The notes below the pieces were generated by a model. It was not told where the DNA came from. It worked only from the letters and a program-made list of their open reading frames with translations, and searched no databases. The translations under genes were made by a program, and so were the position numbers. From Candidatus Lustribacter sp. (GTDB lineage Bacteria; Vulcanimicrobiota; Vulcanimicrobiia; Vulcanimicrobiales; Vulcanimicrobiaceae), in the NCBI GenBank assembly GCA_965277805.1, contig OZ255842.1:1120001-1184000 (forward strand): a DNA stretch of 64,000 nucleotides, written 5' to 3'. Below, one piece after another: positions 10,313 to 18,497 of this stretch; within the stretch, counting starts at the first letter, position 1, and each line of letters starts with the position of its first letter.

Positions 10313-10328
10313 CCGGTGCCTGAGCGCG

Positions 10329-12314
10329 ATGCTCGAACACACTGTGCGCGCCGTGCAGAGCGCTACGCCGGAACGCCGGCGCGATGAGGTGCCGGCACCG
10401 GCGCAAACGGGACGGCCACTCGAGGCGGACGTGAGCCGGCGCATGGGTGCCGCGTTCGCGTTCGATTTTTCACGCGTGCGCATCTACAGCGAACGCGTGC
10501 CGGGTGCGGCAGCATTCACGGTCGGAAACAGCATCACGTTCGCGCCCGGACGGTACGCGCCGGAGCGCCCGGACGGAGCGTTCTTGCTTGCGCACGAGCT
10601 CGCGCACGTCGTGCAGCAGCGCGACGCCGCCGTTCCGAACGCGCCGGGTCGCTCGCGCCTGCCGCAGTCGACGCGCGCGCAGGAACGCGAAGCGAGCGGC
10701 GCCGCCGTGCGCGCCGCCGCAGGCCGGCCGACGGGACCGTTATCGTCGTCGCGCGAGCCGTTCGTGGGCCGCTTTGGCCTCGACGATGTGATCGCCGTCG
10801 CCGGCGGCGCACCCGCCACGGCAGCATACGTCGCGATCGGGGATTCCACCGCGTTCAAGTTCGGCAAGGAGATGACCGGCGGTTTCATCGAGGGCGTCAA
10901 GCAGCATCTCGCCGATGGCAGCAGTGACGCGCTCAAGGCCCGGGTGCACGAATTTGAAACGAGCCCCTCGGCGATGTACGCCTACTTCAAAGGCTATCTC
11001 ATCGGCCTGGTCGAGGGCCTGATCAGTCCGATCACCGACATTTGGAACCTCATCAAGAGCGTCGCCGGAATGCTCAGCACGATTCAAGGCTGGATCGATC
11101 GGGCAGCGGCCCTCTTCGCCCAACCCGCCGTGCTGGCGGCGCGCATCGACGCACTGAAAACGCGCTGGAACGAGCTGCTCGCCGAGGCGGCGCCGCGCAT
11201 TATAAAATTCATCGAGAATCCGAGCGGCAGCGCCGCCGATCTCGCCGATTTCGTTCAGAACCTCACCGAGCAGGCCTTGGCCAAGGCCCGGGAGTTCGGG
11301 CACACTGCGGCCGACAAGGTGTTCACGTTCCTTGCATTGCCGTGGCGCGAACTCGGTGAGAAGGTCGGCTACGTCATCGGCATGGCCGTCGTGCAGACCT
11401 TGATGCTGGTCTTCTCCGATGCGATCGGCAACGCGCTCGAGGCCGCGGTAGCGTTTGCCGGCAAATTCGCCGGCATCATCGCCGAAGGCGCCGAGACGGC
11501 GCTACGTTTTGTGGCGGGATTGGGACAGAAGCTCGAGACGCTCTTCAGCGAGGCCGGCTCGATGCTCTCCGAAACGTTCGGCGCGCTCTGGACGAAGCTC
11601 AAAGCGTTCTTCGAATCTTTGACCGCCTTTTGCGAGGACGCCGCCAAAATGGTGAAGACGCCGGCAGCGAACGATGCCTTGAAAGGCACTGAGAAAGGCG
11701 TCGATGCGGCCAAGGACGTCAAGGCGGCCGCCAAGGTACACGATCCGGCGCCCACGCCGCATCCGAAGCCCACGGATCCGGGCCCCGCGCCGCACGGCGC
11801 GCAGGACGTACGCGTGGATAAAATGCCGGACCATCCGTTTGTGCAACTGGCGCTCGATTTTCCGGCCGTCGAAGTTGCCGAAGACGTTGGAGTTAAAGCA
11901 GCGACGCGATTCGCGAACGATCCCGCGTTGATGCAACTCTATCAGAACGGCGGCCGGGACATGACGACGGCCGGCAATGCGTTCCACAACATCGCCATGC
12001 GCGAGGCGCGCGCGATTCCGGCTAGTGCATTGCCGCCCGGGTGGAGCATGACGGCCGAGGAGAGCTTCACGGCGGGCGGAATGCGCGGCCGCGCCGACAT
12101 CATGTTGCGCGGCCCCAACGGCGAGATGGTGGAGATCGACTGGAAGACCACCGCGGAGAGTGCGCTCGACGGCACGAAAGGCGTCGACCGCCGCGCCGGC
12201 ATCATCCAGCGAGCGACGGGCTCTGCCGGACGGCACCTCCAGATCTCGCGCCATTGGACGGAATTGGTCGATGACGCGCTCGCAAAACTGGGACGCAAAG
12301 GGGTGCGGCGATGA
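10329..12314 (+). CDS. DUF4157 (eCIS core) domain protein with C-terminal PD-(D/E)XK nuclease-like domain; putative effector
   Basis: DFSRVRIY...AAAFTVGNSITF...LLAHELAHVVQQ (DUF4157 HExxH); helical/hydrophobic middle; Pro-rich linker; C-terminal GNAFH...EE...GRADI...EIDWKT. Confidence 0.8.
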   Translation: MLEHTVRAVQSATPERRRDEVPAPAQTGRPLEADVSRRMGAAFAFDFSRVRIYSERVPGAAAFTVGNSITFAPGRYAPERPDGAFLLAHELAHVVQQRDAAVPNAPGRSRLPQSTRAQEREASGAAVRAAAGRPTGPLSSSREPFVGRFGLDDVIAVAGGAPATAAYVAIGDSTAFKFGKEMTGGFIEGVKQHLADGSSDALKARVHEFETSPSAMYAYFKGYLIGLVEGLISPITDIWNLIKSVAGMLSTIQGWIDRAAALFAQPAVLAARIDALKTRWNELLAEAAPRIIKFIENPSGSAADLADFVQNLTEQALAKAREFGHTAADKVFTFLALPWRELGEKVGYVIGMAVVQTLMLVFSDAIGNALEAAVAFAGKFAGIIAEGAETALRFVAGLGQKLETLFSEAGSMLSETFGALWTKLKAFFESLTAFCEDAAKMVKTPAANDALKGTEKGVDAAKDVKAAAKVHDPAPTPHPKPTDPGPAPHGAQDVRVDKMPDHPFVQLALDFPAVEVAEDVGVKAATRFANDPALMQLYQNGGRDMTTAGNAFHNIAMREARAIPASALPPGWSMTAEESFTAGGMRGRADIMLRGPNGEMVEIDWKTTAESALDGTKGVDRRAGIIQRATGSAGRHLQISRHWTELVDDALAKLGRKGVRR

Positions 12315-13867
12315 ACGCGGCGCACGGCACGCCGGCGGCGGTGCACGGCGCCCACTTGCAGATCGAGTTCGATCATGGCCTCGGGGATTGCGCGATGTTC
12401 GCGCACATGCTGCAGCTCTATCGCCGGCGCGGTTATACGTTCGACATTCGCTCGGACGCGAACAAGACGCTGGTGTGGGATGCCGCCGGTGTCGGATCCG
12501 AGCGCGCCGGTGGGCCGTTCGAGCGCCATGAATGGCCGCATCCGCCGGCATTCAACCGGCCCGATCTTCGCGACGAAACGGCGAGCAGCAAAGTCGCGTG
12601 GAACATCAACCGCGCGCCGCTGCCGGCCATCGGTCCAGCCCTCGATTTGTGGAACGAACTCTGTGCGATCGATCTCACCGGCACGGCGGACGCGTGCGTG
12701 AGCAGCGCCGATGCGCGCGATGCTGCGGCATTCGTGCGCGACCTGCCCCGGCCGATCGTGCTGCTGCACACGGCCGGCACGTCGAGTCCCGAAACGAAGA
12801 GCTTGCCGAATCCGCTCGCAACGGCGCTCTACCGCACGCTGCTGCGCGCGATGCCGGGATCGCTCGTCTTACTCGATTGGGACAACCGGGTTCCGCGGTT
12901 GGCCAACGCCCGCGTCCGCCACACCGGAAATGACTGGGGACATGTCACGCTCGGTCAGCTCGCGGCACTCATGCGCGAAGCCGCGTTGCTGATCGGGATC
13001 GACTCCGGGCCCTACTATTTTGCCTCGCTCACGAACGTGCCGGTTCTCGGCGTGTTCCATCACCACTATCCCGCCTGTCTAACGCTGCCGCGGGCAAGCA
13101 CCGTCAATCTTACGCGCGCCGCGTACGCGCCGATCAACGCAACGCGGCGTCGCAAGTGGAACATCGTGGAATACGCCGGCAGCATGCCGACGGCGGAGGA
13201 GGTCGCGCTGCACGCGGGGCGGATGCTCGCCGGTCCGCGCTACGGTTTGCCGCTCGGACGTGATGTGATGCTGCAGCAGTGGGTGCTCGATTGGTGCAAC
13301 GCGCAGCCGGCCGCGTTTCCGGTCGGCGAGCGCGCACTTACCTTCGACGCCGTGTTGCGCGAGATCACGCGACGCTTCGTCGATCCGACGATCGTCGAGA
13401 CCGGTTGCATCCGTGCGCCGGAGGATTGGCGCGCGGGCTACAGCTCGTATCTGTTCGGCGCGTATCTCGACGGGCTCCGCGCCGGGCACTTGATCTCGCT
13501 CGACAACGATTTCTCCCATTGCCGCTTCGCGCTGCAAGCGTGCGAGGCGTGGGGTGCGCACGTTAACGTCGTTTGTACGGACTCCGTCTCATGGCTGACC
13601 GCGACGCATGAGACGATCGACGTGCTCTATCTCGACTCGCTCGATACGGATTTTCCCGGCCACGCCGATCACGCGCTGCGCGAAACGGTCGCGGCCGAGG
13701 ACAAGCTGTCGGCGGACGCGCTCGTGGTCTACGACGATTCGCCCTGGGACGGCGGATGGGCGGGAAAGGGCGCGAAGGCAATTCCCTATTTGCTGGAACG
13801 TAACTGGCGCGTCGTCGCGGCCGGCTACCAGACGGTGTTGTCGCGAACCGCAGGCCTACGCGGGTAG
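12311..13867 (+). CDS. Glycosyltransferase family 9-like domain fused to a class I SAM-dependent methyltransferase-like domain
   Basis: HGLGD and LLIGIDSGPYYFASLTNVPVLGVF (GT9/WaaF-like); IVETGCIR...YSS...LISLD...DSV...IDVLYLDS (methyltransferase-like). ATGA overlap with the upstream gene. Confidence 0.75.
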   Translation: MNAAHGTPAAVHGAHLQIEFDHGLGDCAMFAHMLQLYRRRGYTFDIRSDANKTLVWDAAGVGSERAGGPFERHEWPHPPAFNRPDLRDETASSKVAWNINRAPLPAIGPALDLWNELCAIDLTGTADACVSSADARDAAAFVRDLPRPIVLLHTAGTSSPETKSLPNPLATALYRTLLRAMPGSLVLLDWDNRVPRLANARVRHTGNDWGHVTLGQLAALMREAALLIGIDSGPYYFASLTNVPVLGVFHHHYPACLTLPRASTVNLTRAAYAPINATRRRKWNIVEYAGSMPTAEEVALHAGRMLAGPRYGLPLGRDVMLQQWVLDWCNAQPAAFPVGERALTFDAVLREITRRFVDPTIVETGCIRAPEDWRAGYSSYLFGAYLDGLRAGHLISLDNDFSHCRFALQACEAWGAHVNVVCTDSVSWLTATHETIDVLYLDSLDTDFPGHADHALRETVAAEDKLSADALVVYDDSPWDGGWAGKGAKAIPYLLERNWRVVAAGYQTVLSRTAGLRG

Positions 13868-14656
13868 GCCGACGCGCGGAAAGAAATCGGCAGCGAGTTT
13901 CTTTGTCTCGGATGACGGTGCGACGCCGATCTGATCGGCAAGGTAACTCGTGAGCAAGCGGTATTGCTGCAGCGCTCGCGCCGGCTGACCGAGCTCCATG
14001 AAGCAGCGCATGACCAGGCGCGTCGCCGCTTCGTGCCCGCGTTCGGATTCGATCAACTCGAGCGCGTGATCCAGCGCCTTGATCCACTCATTGCGTTCGA
14101 TGAAGTGCACCGCGAGCGCTTCGAGCGCGCGATCGCGCGCCGTCGCCAACCGGACCCGCATCGGCTGCAGCCAGTCGGCGGTTTCTCCGGCGAGAAATTC
14201 TCCGCCGTAGAGACCGATCGCGCGCCGGTGACTCTCAAACGTATCTTCGCGCGTGCAGTCGAGCAGCCAATCCGCGTCGGTGACGATGCGAATGTGCGCA
14301 GCCCAGCAGTACCCGCTGCCGGCGAACTCGAGCGCCTGCGAGCCGCCGAAGAGCGACCGCAAGTATGACCGGGCGCCGCTGGCGGCGAGATGGATGCGGT
14401 GGGACACGTCCTCGCTGGAGCACGATGGCCAAAACGCCGCGGCCAACTGATCGCGCGTGGCCATGCGCCGCGGATAAGCGGCGAGGTACTGCAAGAGCCA
14501 GCCGCCTTTCTTAGGCGGCGGACCGGTGTGCCACGCGCCGGCCGAGCGAATCCCAAACCGGCCGAGCAACCGAAACTCGAGGACGTCCGTGGCAACGTCA
14601 CTATGTGTATCCACGACGTGTATTTTCGACTGCTCCCGCATGTCCACGCTCGGCAT
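13856..14656 (-). CDS. AfsR/SARP-family transcriptional regulator (wHTH + BTAD)
   Basis: FRLLGRF...LLQYLA...RDQLAAAFWP; LYGGEFLAG...WL; HEAATRLVMRCF...GQPARALQQY...IGVAPS. Confidence 0.85.
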   Translation of the reverse strand: MPSVDMREQSKIHVVDTHSDVATDVLEFRLLGRFGIRSAGAWHTGPPPKKGGWLLQYLAAYPRRMATRDQLAAAFWPSCSSEDVSHRIHLAASGARSYLRSLFGGSQALEFAGSGYCWAAHIRIVTDADWLLDCTREDTFESHRRAIGLYGGEFLAGETADWLQPMRVRLATARDRALEALAVHFIERNEWIKALDHALELIESERGHEAATRLVMRCFMELGQPARALQQYRLLTSYLADQIGVAPSSETKKLAADFFPRVGLPA

Positions 14657-14776
14657 GACACGTCAATTAAGAAGTCGTTCAGTCTCTCCCCCGGGGCAAG
14701 CTCACAAGAAGTGGGGAGCCGGCGGCCTCACCGGAAAGCGAGCGAGCGCCTTTTCGCCGATCGCCGGCGCAATATT

Positions 14777-15634
14777 TCAGGCCGACTCGGCTGTCCGAAA
14801 CTTCACGATCTCGGCGCCAAAAAAGAGGAACATCGCCGACACGTAAATCCACAGCAAGAGTCCCAGTGTGGAACCGGCGGCGCCATAGCCGCGTGCGAGT
14901 CCTGCGACCTGCAGTAGGAGCGCGATCGCCCATTGCCCGGCGACGAAGAGCACCGCGCTGACGATCGCGCCTTGCCACACGTTGCGCCAACGTACCTTAA
15001 CCTGCGGCAAGTACTTGAACACTAGCGCAAACAACACGGTCAGCGCGCCGAGCGAAAAGATGGTGCTCGCGATTTTGAGTGCCCATCCCAGCGCGGCGAC
15101 GGCCGGGTTACTCCGTAGCGACGCGATCACGACGGCGATCGATGCATCGGTGGCGAGCGTCACGATGAGGACGAGGGCCATGACGAACACCATCACCAGC
15201 GCCAGGACGCGCTCGCGCAGAACGCTGAGCCACGGTTCGTCGGGCTTCACGTGGACGTGCCAGATGATGTTCAGGGCATCCTGGAGAGTAAGGAAGACGC
15301 CGGAGAGCGCACCGAAGAGCGTGATCCAGCCGATGATGCCGAACACCGTGCCGACGTGGACGTTTTCGCGCGCCGATTGCACCATTGCCTGAAGCGCCGT
15401 CGCGCCGTCATGCCCGATCGCGAGACTCGCTTGATTGATCAGGTGTTGCTGCACCTTATCGTTGTTGACGAAGTGTCCAGTCAAAGCCATGATGATCACA
15501 AACAACGGCGCGAGCGCGAAGATCGTGGAGAACGACAGCGCGCCGGCAAGCGTCGGCGCGCGGTCCATCAGCCAGGCGCCGAAAGAGATTTTGAGCGCGT
15601 TCGCGAGTGACGCACGCCCGGACGCTTCTCTCAT
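14777..15634 (-). CDS. YihY/virulence factor BrkB family membrane protein
   Basis: AGALSFSTIFALAP, LQDALNIIW, FKYLP, YGAAGS...LLLWIY.SA...FFGAE; multiple TM helices. Confidence 0.92.
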   Translation of the reverse strand: MREASGRASLANALKISFGAWLMDRAPTLAGALSFSTIFALAPLFVIIMALTGHFVNNDKVQQHLINQASLAIGHDGATALQAMVQSARENVHVGTVFGIIGWITLFGALSGVFLTLQDALNIIWHVHVKPDEPWLSVLRERVLALVMVFVMALVLIVTLATDASIAVVIASLRSNPAVAALGWALKIASTIFSLGALTVLFALVFKYLPQVKVRWRNVWQGAIVSAVLFVAGQWAIALLLQVAGLARGYGAAGSTLGLLLWIYVSAMFLFFGAEIVKFRTAESA

Positions 15635-15672
15635 GAGGAGTTCCCATGTACCCCAGCCGGGTCGAAGAGAAA

Positions 15673-16224
15673 CTACGGTGGATCGAGCTCGGCGAAGAGA
15701 TCCGCAAGCGACAACGTTAGACCCGGAAACCGTGCTGATGTGTAGGTGTCCGTGTCGCGATATTCGGTGTGTGCGCCGTCCGCCTCGAAGGCGTCCATCG
15801 TCCGGAGATCGGGATCGATGATGAAAAGTGTCGTGACGCCGGCTGCGAGGTAGACGTCGCGTTTGTGCGCAACGTCGGCCGGGCGATCGTCAGGAGAAAG
15901 AATCTCGACAACGATGTCCGGCGCGACCGGTGGGGTCTCCCGTTCTGCGACGGACAGCGGCAGCATTCGCTCGTACGATACGTAGGCGACGTCCGGCACA
16001 AGCGGCCGGGTGATCTCGCCCGGAGGCGTAATCCGAAAACGCCATTCAGTCCCGACTTCACCGAAACCGCGGGCCCACGTCCGGAGTCGCACACCGACCG
16101 CGAGTTGGAGCAAGGCGTGCCGCCGCGTCGGGCTCACTTTTTGAACCGGCCGATTCCGAAGCCATTCGGTCTCGGGCTTCGTCTCGGCGAGAACGATCTC
16201 GCCGATCGCTGACCCTGCGTCCAT
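15673..16224 (-). CDS. Uma2 family endonuclease
   Basis: SPTRRH, VPDVAYVS, APDIVVEILSPDD, KRDVYLAAGV, IIDP. Start chosen at ATG 16224 with a GAGG RBS. Confidence 0.88.
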   Translation of the reverse strand: MDAGSAIGEIVLAETKPETEWLRNRPVQKVSPTRRHALLQLAVGVRLRTWARGFGEVGTEWRFRITPPGEITRPLVPDVAYVSYERMLPLSVAERETPPVAPDIVVEILSPDDRPADVAHKRDVYLAAGVTTLFIIDPDLRTMDAFEADGAHTEYRDTDTYTSARFPGLTLSLADLFAELDPP

Positions 16225-16333
16225 CTGTGCCTCTTCGCGCTTACCCCCACGTGCTCCATTCACGCGCAATCACGCGGGGGAAATGGTCGCTGATGCCGAG
16301 TACGGTTTGGAGCCTTTGTTGGAGGATGTCTGG

Positions 16334-17503
16334 ATGCCGATCAAACGCGCTGCTACGTGGATACTCGCCGGACTCATCGCGGCGCTGCCGTGCGCGACCG
16401 CCGCGGCCGATCCGTACAATATCTACGTGATCACCGCACTCACCGGGCAGTCGGCGTTCCTCGGCGGTGAAGAGGCGAAGGGCCTCGCGGTGCTCGAGGC
16501 GCAGGTGAACAAAGCCGGCGGCGTGCGCGGACGTCAGATCCACTTCGTCATTCAAGACGATCAGTCGATCGCGCAAAACTCGGTCCAGCTGCTCAACGAG
16601 GGCATCGCGAAGAAGATCCCGGTGCTGCTGGGCACCTCGCTCGTCTCCGGTTGCGGCGCGATGCTGCCGATCATCACGAACGGACCGGTCGTGTACTGCT
16701 TCTCGCCGGGCATCCATCCGCCGGCCGGCAGCAACATGTTCTCGGCCAGCATTTCGACTGCCGACTACATCGTCGCGACGTCGCGCTATTTGAAGAGCAA
16801 AGGCCTGCACAAGATCGCGCTGATGACCTCGACCGACGCGACGGGCCAAGACGCCGACAAGAGCATCGACGCCGCCGTCAACGCGCCCGAGATGGGCGGC
16901 ACGCTGAGCATCGTCGATCGCGAACACTTCAACGTCACCGACCTCAGCGTCGCGGCGCAAATGTCGAAGATCAAGGCCTCGGGCGCACAAGTCGCGATTT
17001 TGTGGACCGTCGGCACGCCGTTCGGCACGCTCTTGCGCGAAGCGTCGCAAGGCGGGCTCGATATCCCGCTCATCACCTCGGCCGGCAACCTGAACTACGC
17101 GCAGCTCGAGGGCTACGATTCGTTCATGCCCGACAATCTGCTCATCATGGCTGCACCGTGGGCCGGCCCCAATGTCTTTTCCCCACCAGTTCGTAAGGCG
17201 ATTGCCTCTTACGTCGATGCATTCAAGTCCAGCGGTATCCGGCCCGACGAAGGCTACTCGCTCTCGTGGGATTCGGCGTTGCTCGTGCTCGATGCGTTCC
17301 GCCATCTCGGCTTCGACGCCACGCCTACGCAGATTCGCGACTACATCGCCGGGGTCAAGGGCTTCGTCGGCATCAACGGCGTCTACGACTTCGCCGCGGT
17401 CCCGCAGCGCGGCATCGACATCAACGACCTCGTTATGGTGCGTTGGGATAAGAAGACGAAGTCGCTGATCGGCGTCAGCAAACCCGGCGGGTTCGCACTC
17501 TAG
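16334..17503 (+). CDS. ABC transporter substrate-binding protein, branched-chain (LivJ-like) family
   Basis: Signal peptide; ALTGQSAFLG, VNKAGGVRGRQI...DDQS, GINGVYDF; GGAGG upstream. Confidence 0.85.
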   Translation: MPIKRAATWILAGLIAALPCATAAADPYNIYVITALTGQSAFLGGEEAKGLAVLEAQVNKAGGVRGRQIHFVIQDDQSIAQNSVQLLNEGIAKKIPVLLGTSLVSGCGAMLPIITNGPVVYCFSPGIHPPAGSNMFSASISTADYIVATSRYLKSKGLHKIALMTSTDATGQDADKSIDAAVNAPEMGGTLSIVDREHFNVTDLSVAAQMSKIKASGAQVAILWTVGTPFGTLLREASQGGLDIPLITSAGNLNYAQLEGYDSFMPDNLLIMAAPWAGPNVFSPPVRKAIASYVDAFKSSGIRPDEGYSLSWDSALLVLDAFRHLGFDATPTQIRDYIAGVKGFVGINGVYDFAAVPQRGIDINDLVMVRWDKKTKSLIGVSKPGGFAL

Positions 17504-17985
17504 TGGCGGAGCCGAATCGCTGGGACGAGCTGATCGCACTGCGTGACCGGCAGCGCGCGCATGCGAAGGACGCCGTGCAAGTGGTGCGCGGCTCGGAACT
17601 GCTGCAAGAGAACAGTGCCTTCGGGAAGCTGCGCTGGTACATGCATCCCTCGATTGAGAACAACGCGCTCTCGACGCTGATGTTCTTCGAGCAAGAACTC
17701 GCGCCGGGCAGCCGCTCGGGCCGGCTGAAGTTCCAGGGCGGACAGGTCATCTACGTTTTGAGCGGCACCGGCTACACGATGGTCGACGGCGTGAAGCATC
17801 CGTGGAAAGGCGGCGACGTACTCAACCTGCCGGTGCGCACCAACGGCATCATCGTGCAGCACGTCAACACCGGCGATGAGCATGCGAAGCTGCTGGCGTG
17901 TGAGCCCAACTGGTTCGCGGCGACCGGCGTCGATCGCGGCAGCGGCTTCGAATTGATCGAGCCGTCGAGCGATTACCGTGGCTGA
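17503..17985 (+). CDS. Cupin domain protein (metal ligands degenerate)
   Basis: ELAPGSRSG...VIYVLSGTGYTMVDG...WKGGDVLNLP. Confidence 0.8.
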   Translation: MAEPNRWDELIALRDRQRAHAKDAVQVVRGSELLQENSAFGKLRWYMHPSIENNALSTLMFFEQELAPGSRSGRLKFQGGQVIYVLSGTGYTMVDGVKHPWKGGDVLNLPVRTNGIIVQHVNTGDEHAKLLACEPNWFAATGVDRGSGFELIEPSSDYRG

Positions 17986-18490
17986 GCGCGAACGCGAACG
18001 CGTCCGCGAGCGGCCGCCGATCGAGCACAACAGCTACGAAGTGCTGATCCAGGATCGCATCGCAATTGCACAGCGGCAGCAGAACGGCCCGATCGTGATC
18101 CGCTCGGAAGACCGTCCGATTCAAGTGAATCGCCAGGGCACGCTGCGCTACTACCTCGCGCCGCTGTCGTATCCCGACACGCCGCTGCAAGACTGGCTCG
18201 TATTCGAGAACCACGTCCGCACGCACTCGGGGAAACACCGCCATCAAGGTGGCCTCGTGATCTACGTGATTGACGGCGAAGGTTACTCGATCGTCGACGG
18301 CGAGCGCTTCGACTGGAAGTCGGGCGACTTACTCTTGTTACCGATCCGGCCCGGCGGGGTAGAACACCAGCACTATAACCTCAAGGCCGATCGCCCGTGC
18401 CGCTGGATTGCGTTCTGCCATATGCCCACGATGGACAATCTCGCCATGGAAATGACGCAAATCGAAGTCTCGCCGGACTTCCGCGGATAA
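17978..18490 (+). CDS. Cupin domain protein
   Basis: HSGKHRHQGG..IYVIDGEGYSIVDG...WKSGDLLLLP...EHQHYN. Confidence 0.85.
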   Translation: MAERERERVRERPPIEHNSYEVLIQDRIAIAQRQQNGPIVIRSEDRPIQVNRQGTLRYYLAPLSYPDTPLQDWLVFENHVRTHSGKHRHQGGLVIYVIDGEGYSIVDGERFDWKSGDLLLLPIRPGGVEHQHYNLKADRPCRWIAFCHMPTMDNLAMEMTQIEVSPDFRG

Positions 18491-18497
18491 CGACTCC

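Noticed and set aside
15673-16224. Uma2 nuclease as a defence system or toxin
   Set aside because: A solitary, commonly multicopy family with no partner gene here.
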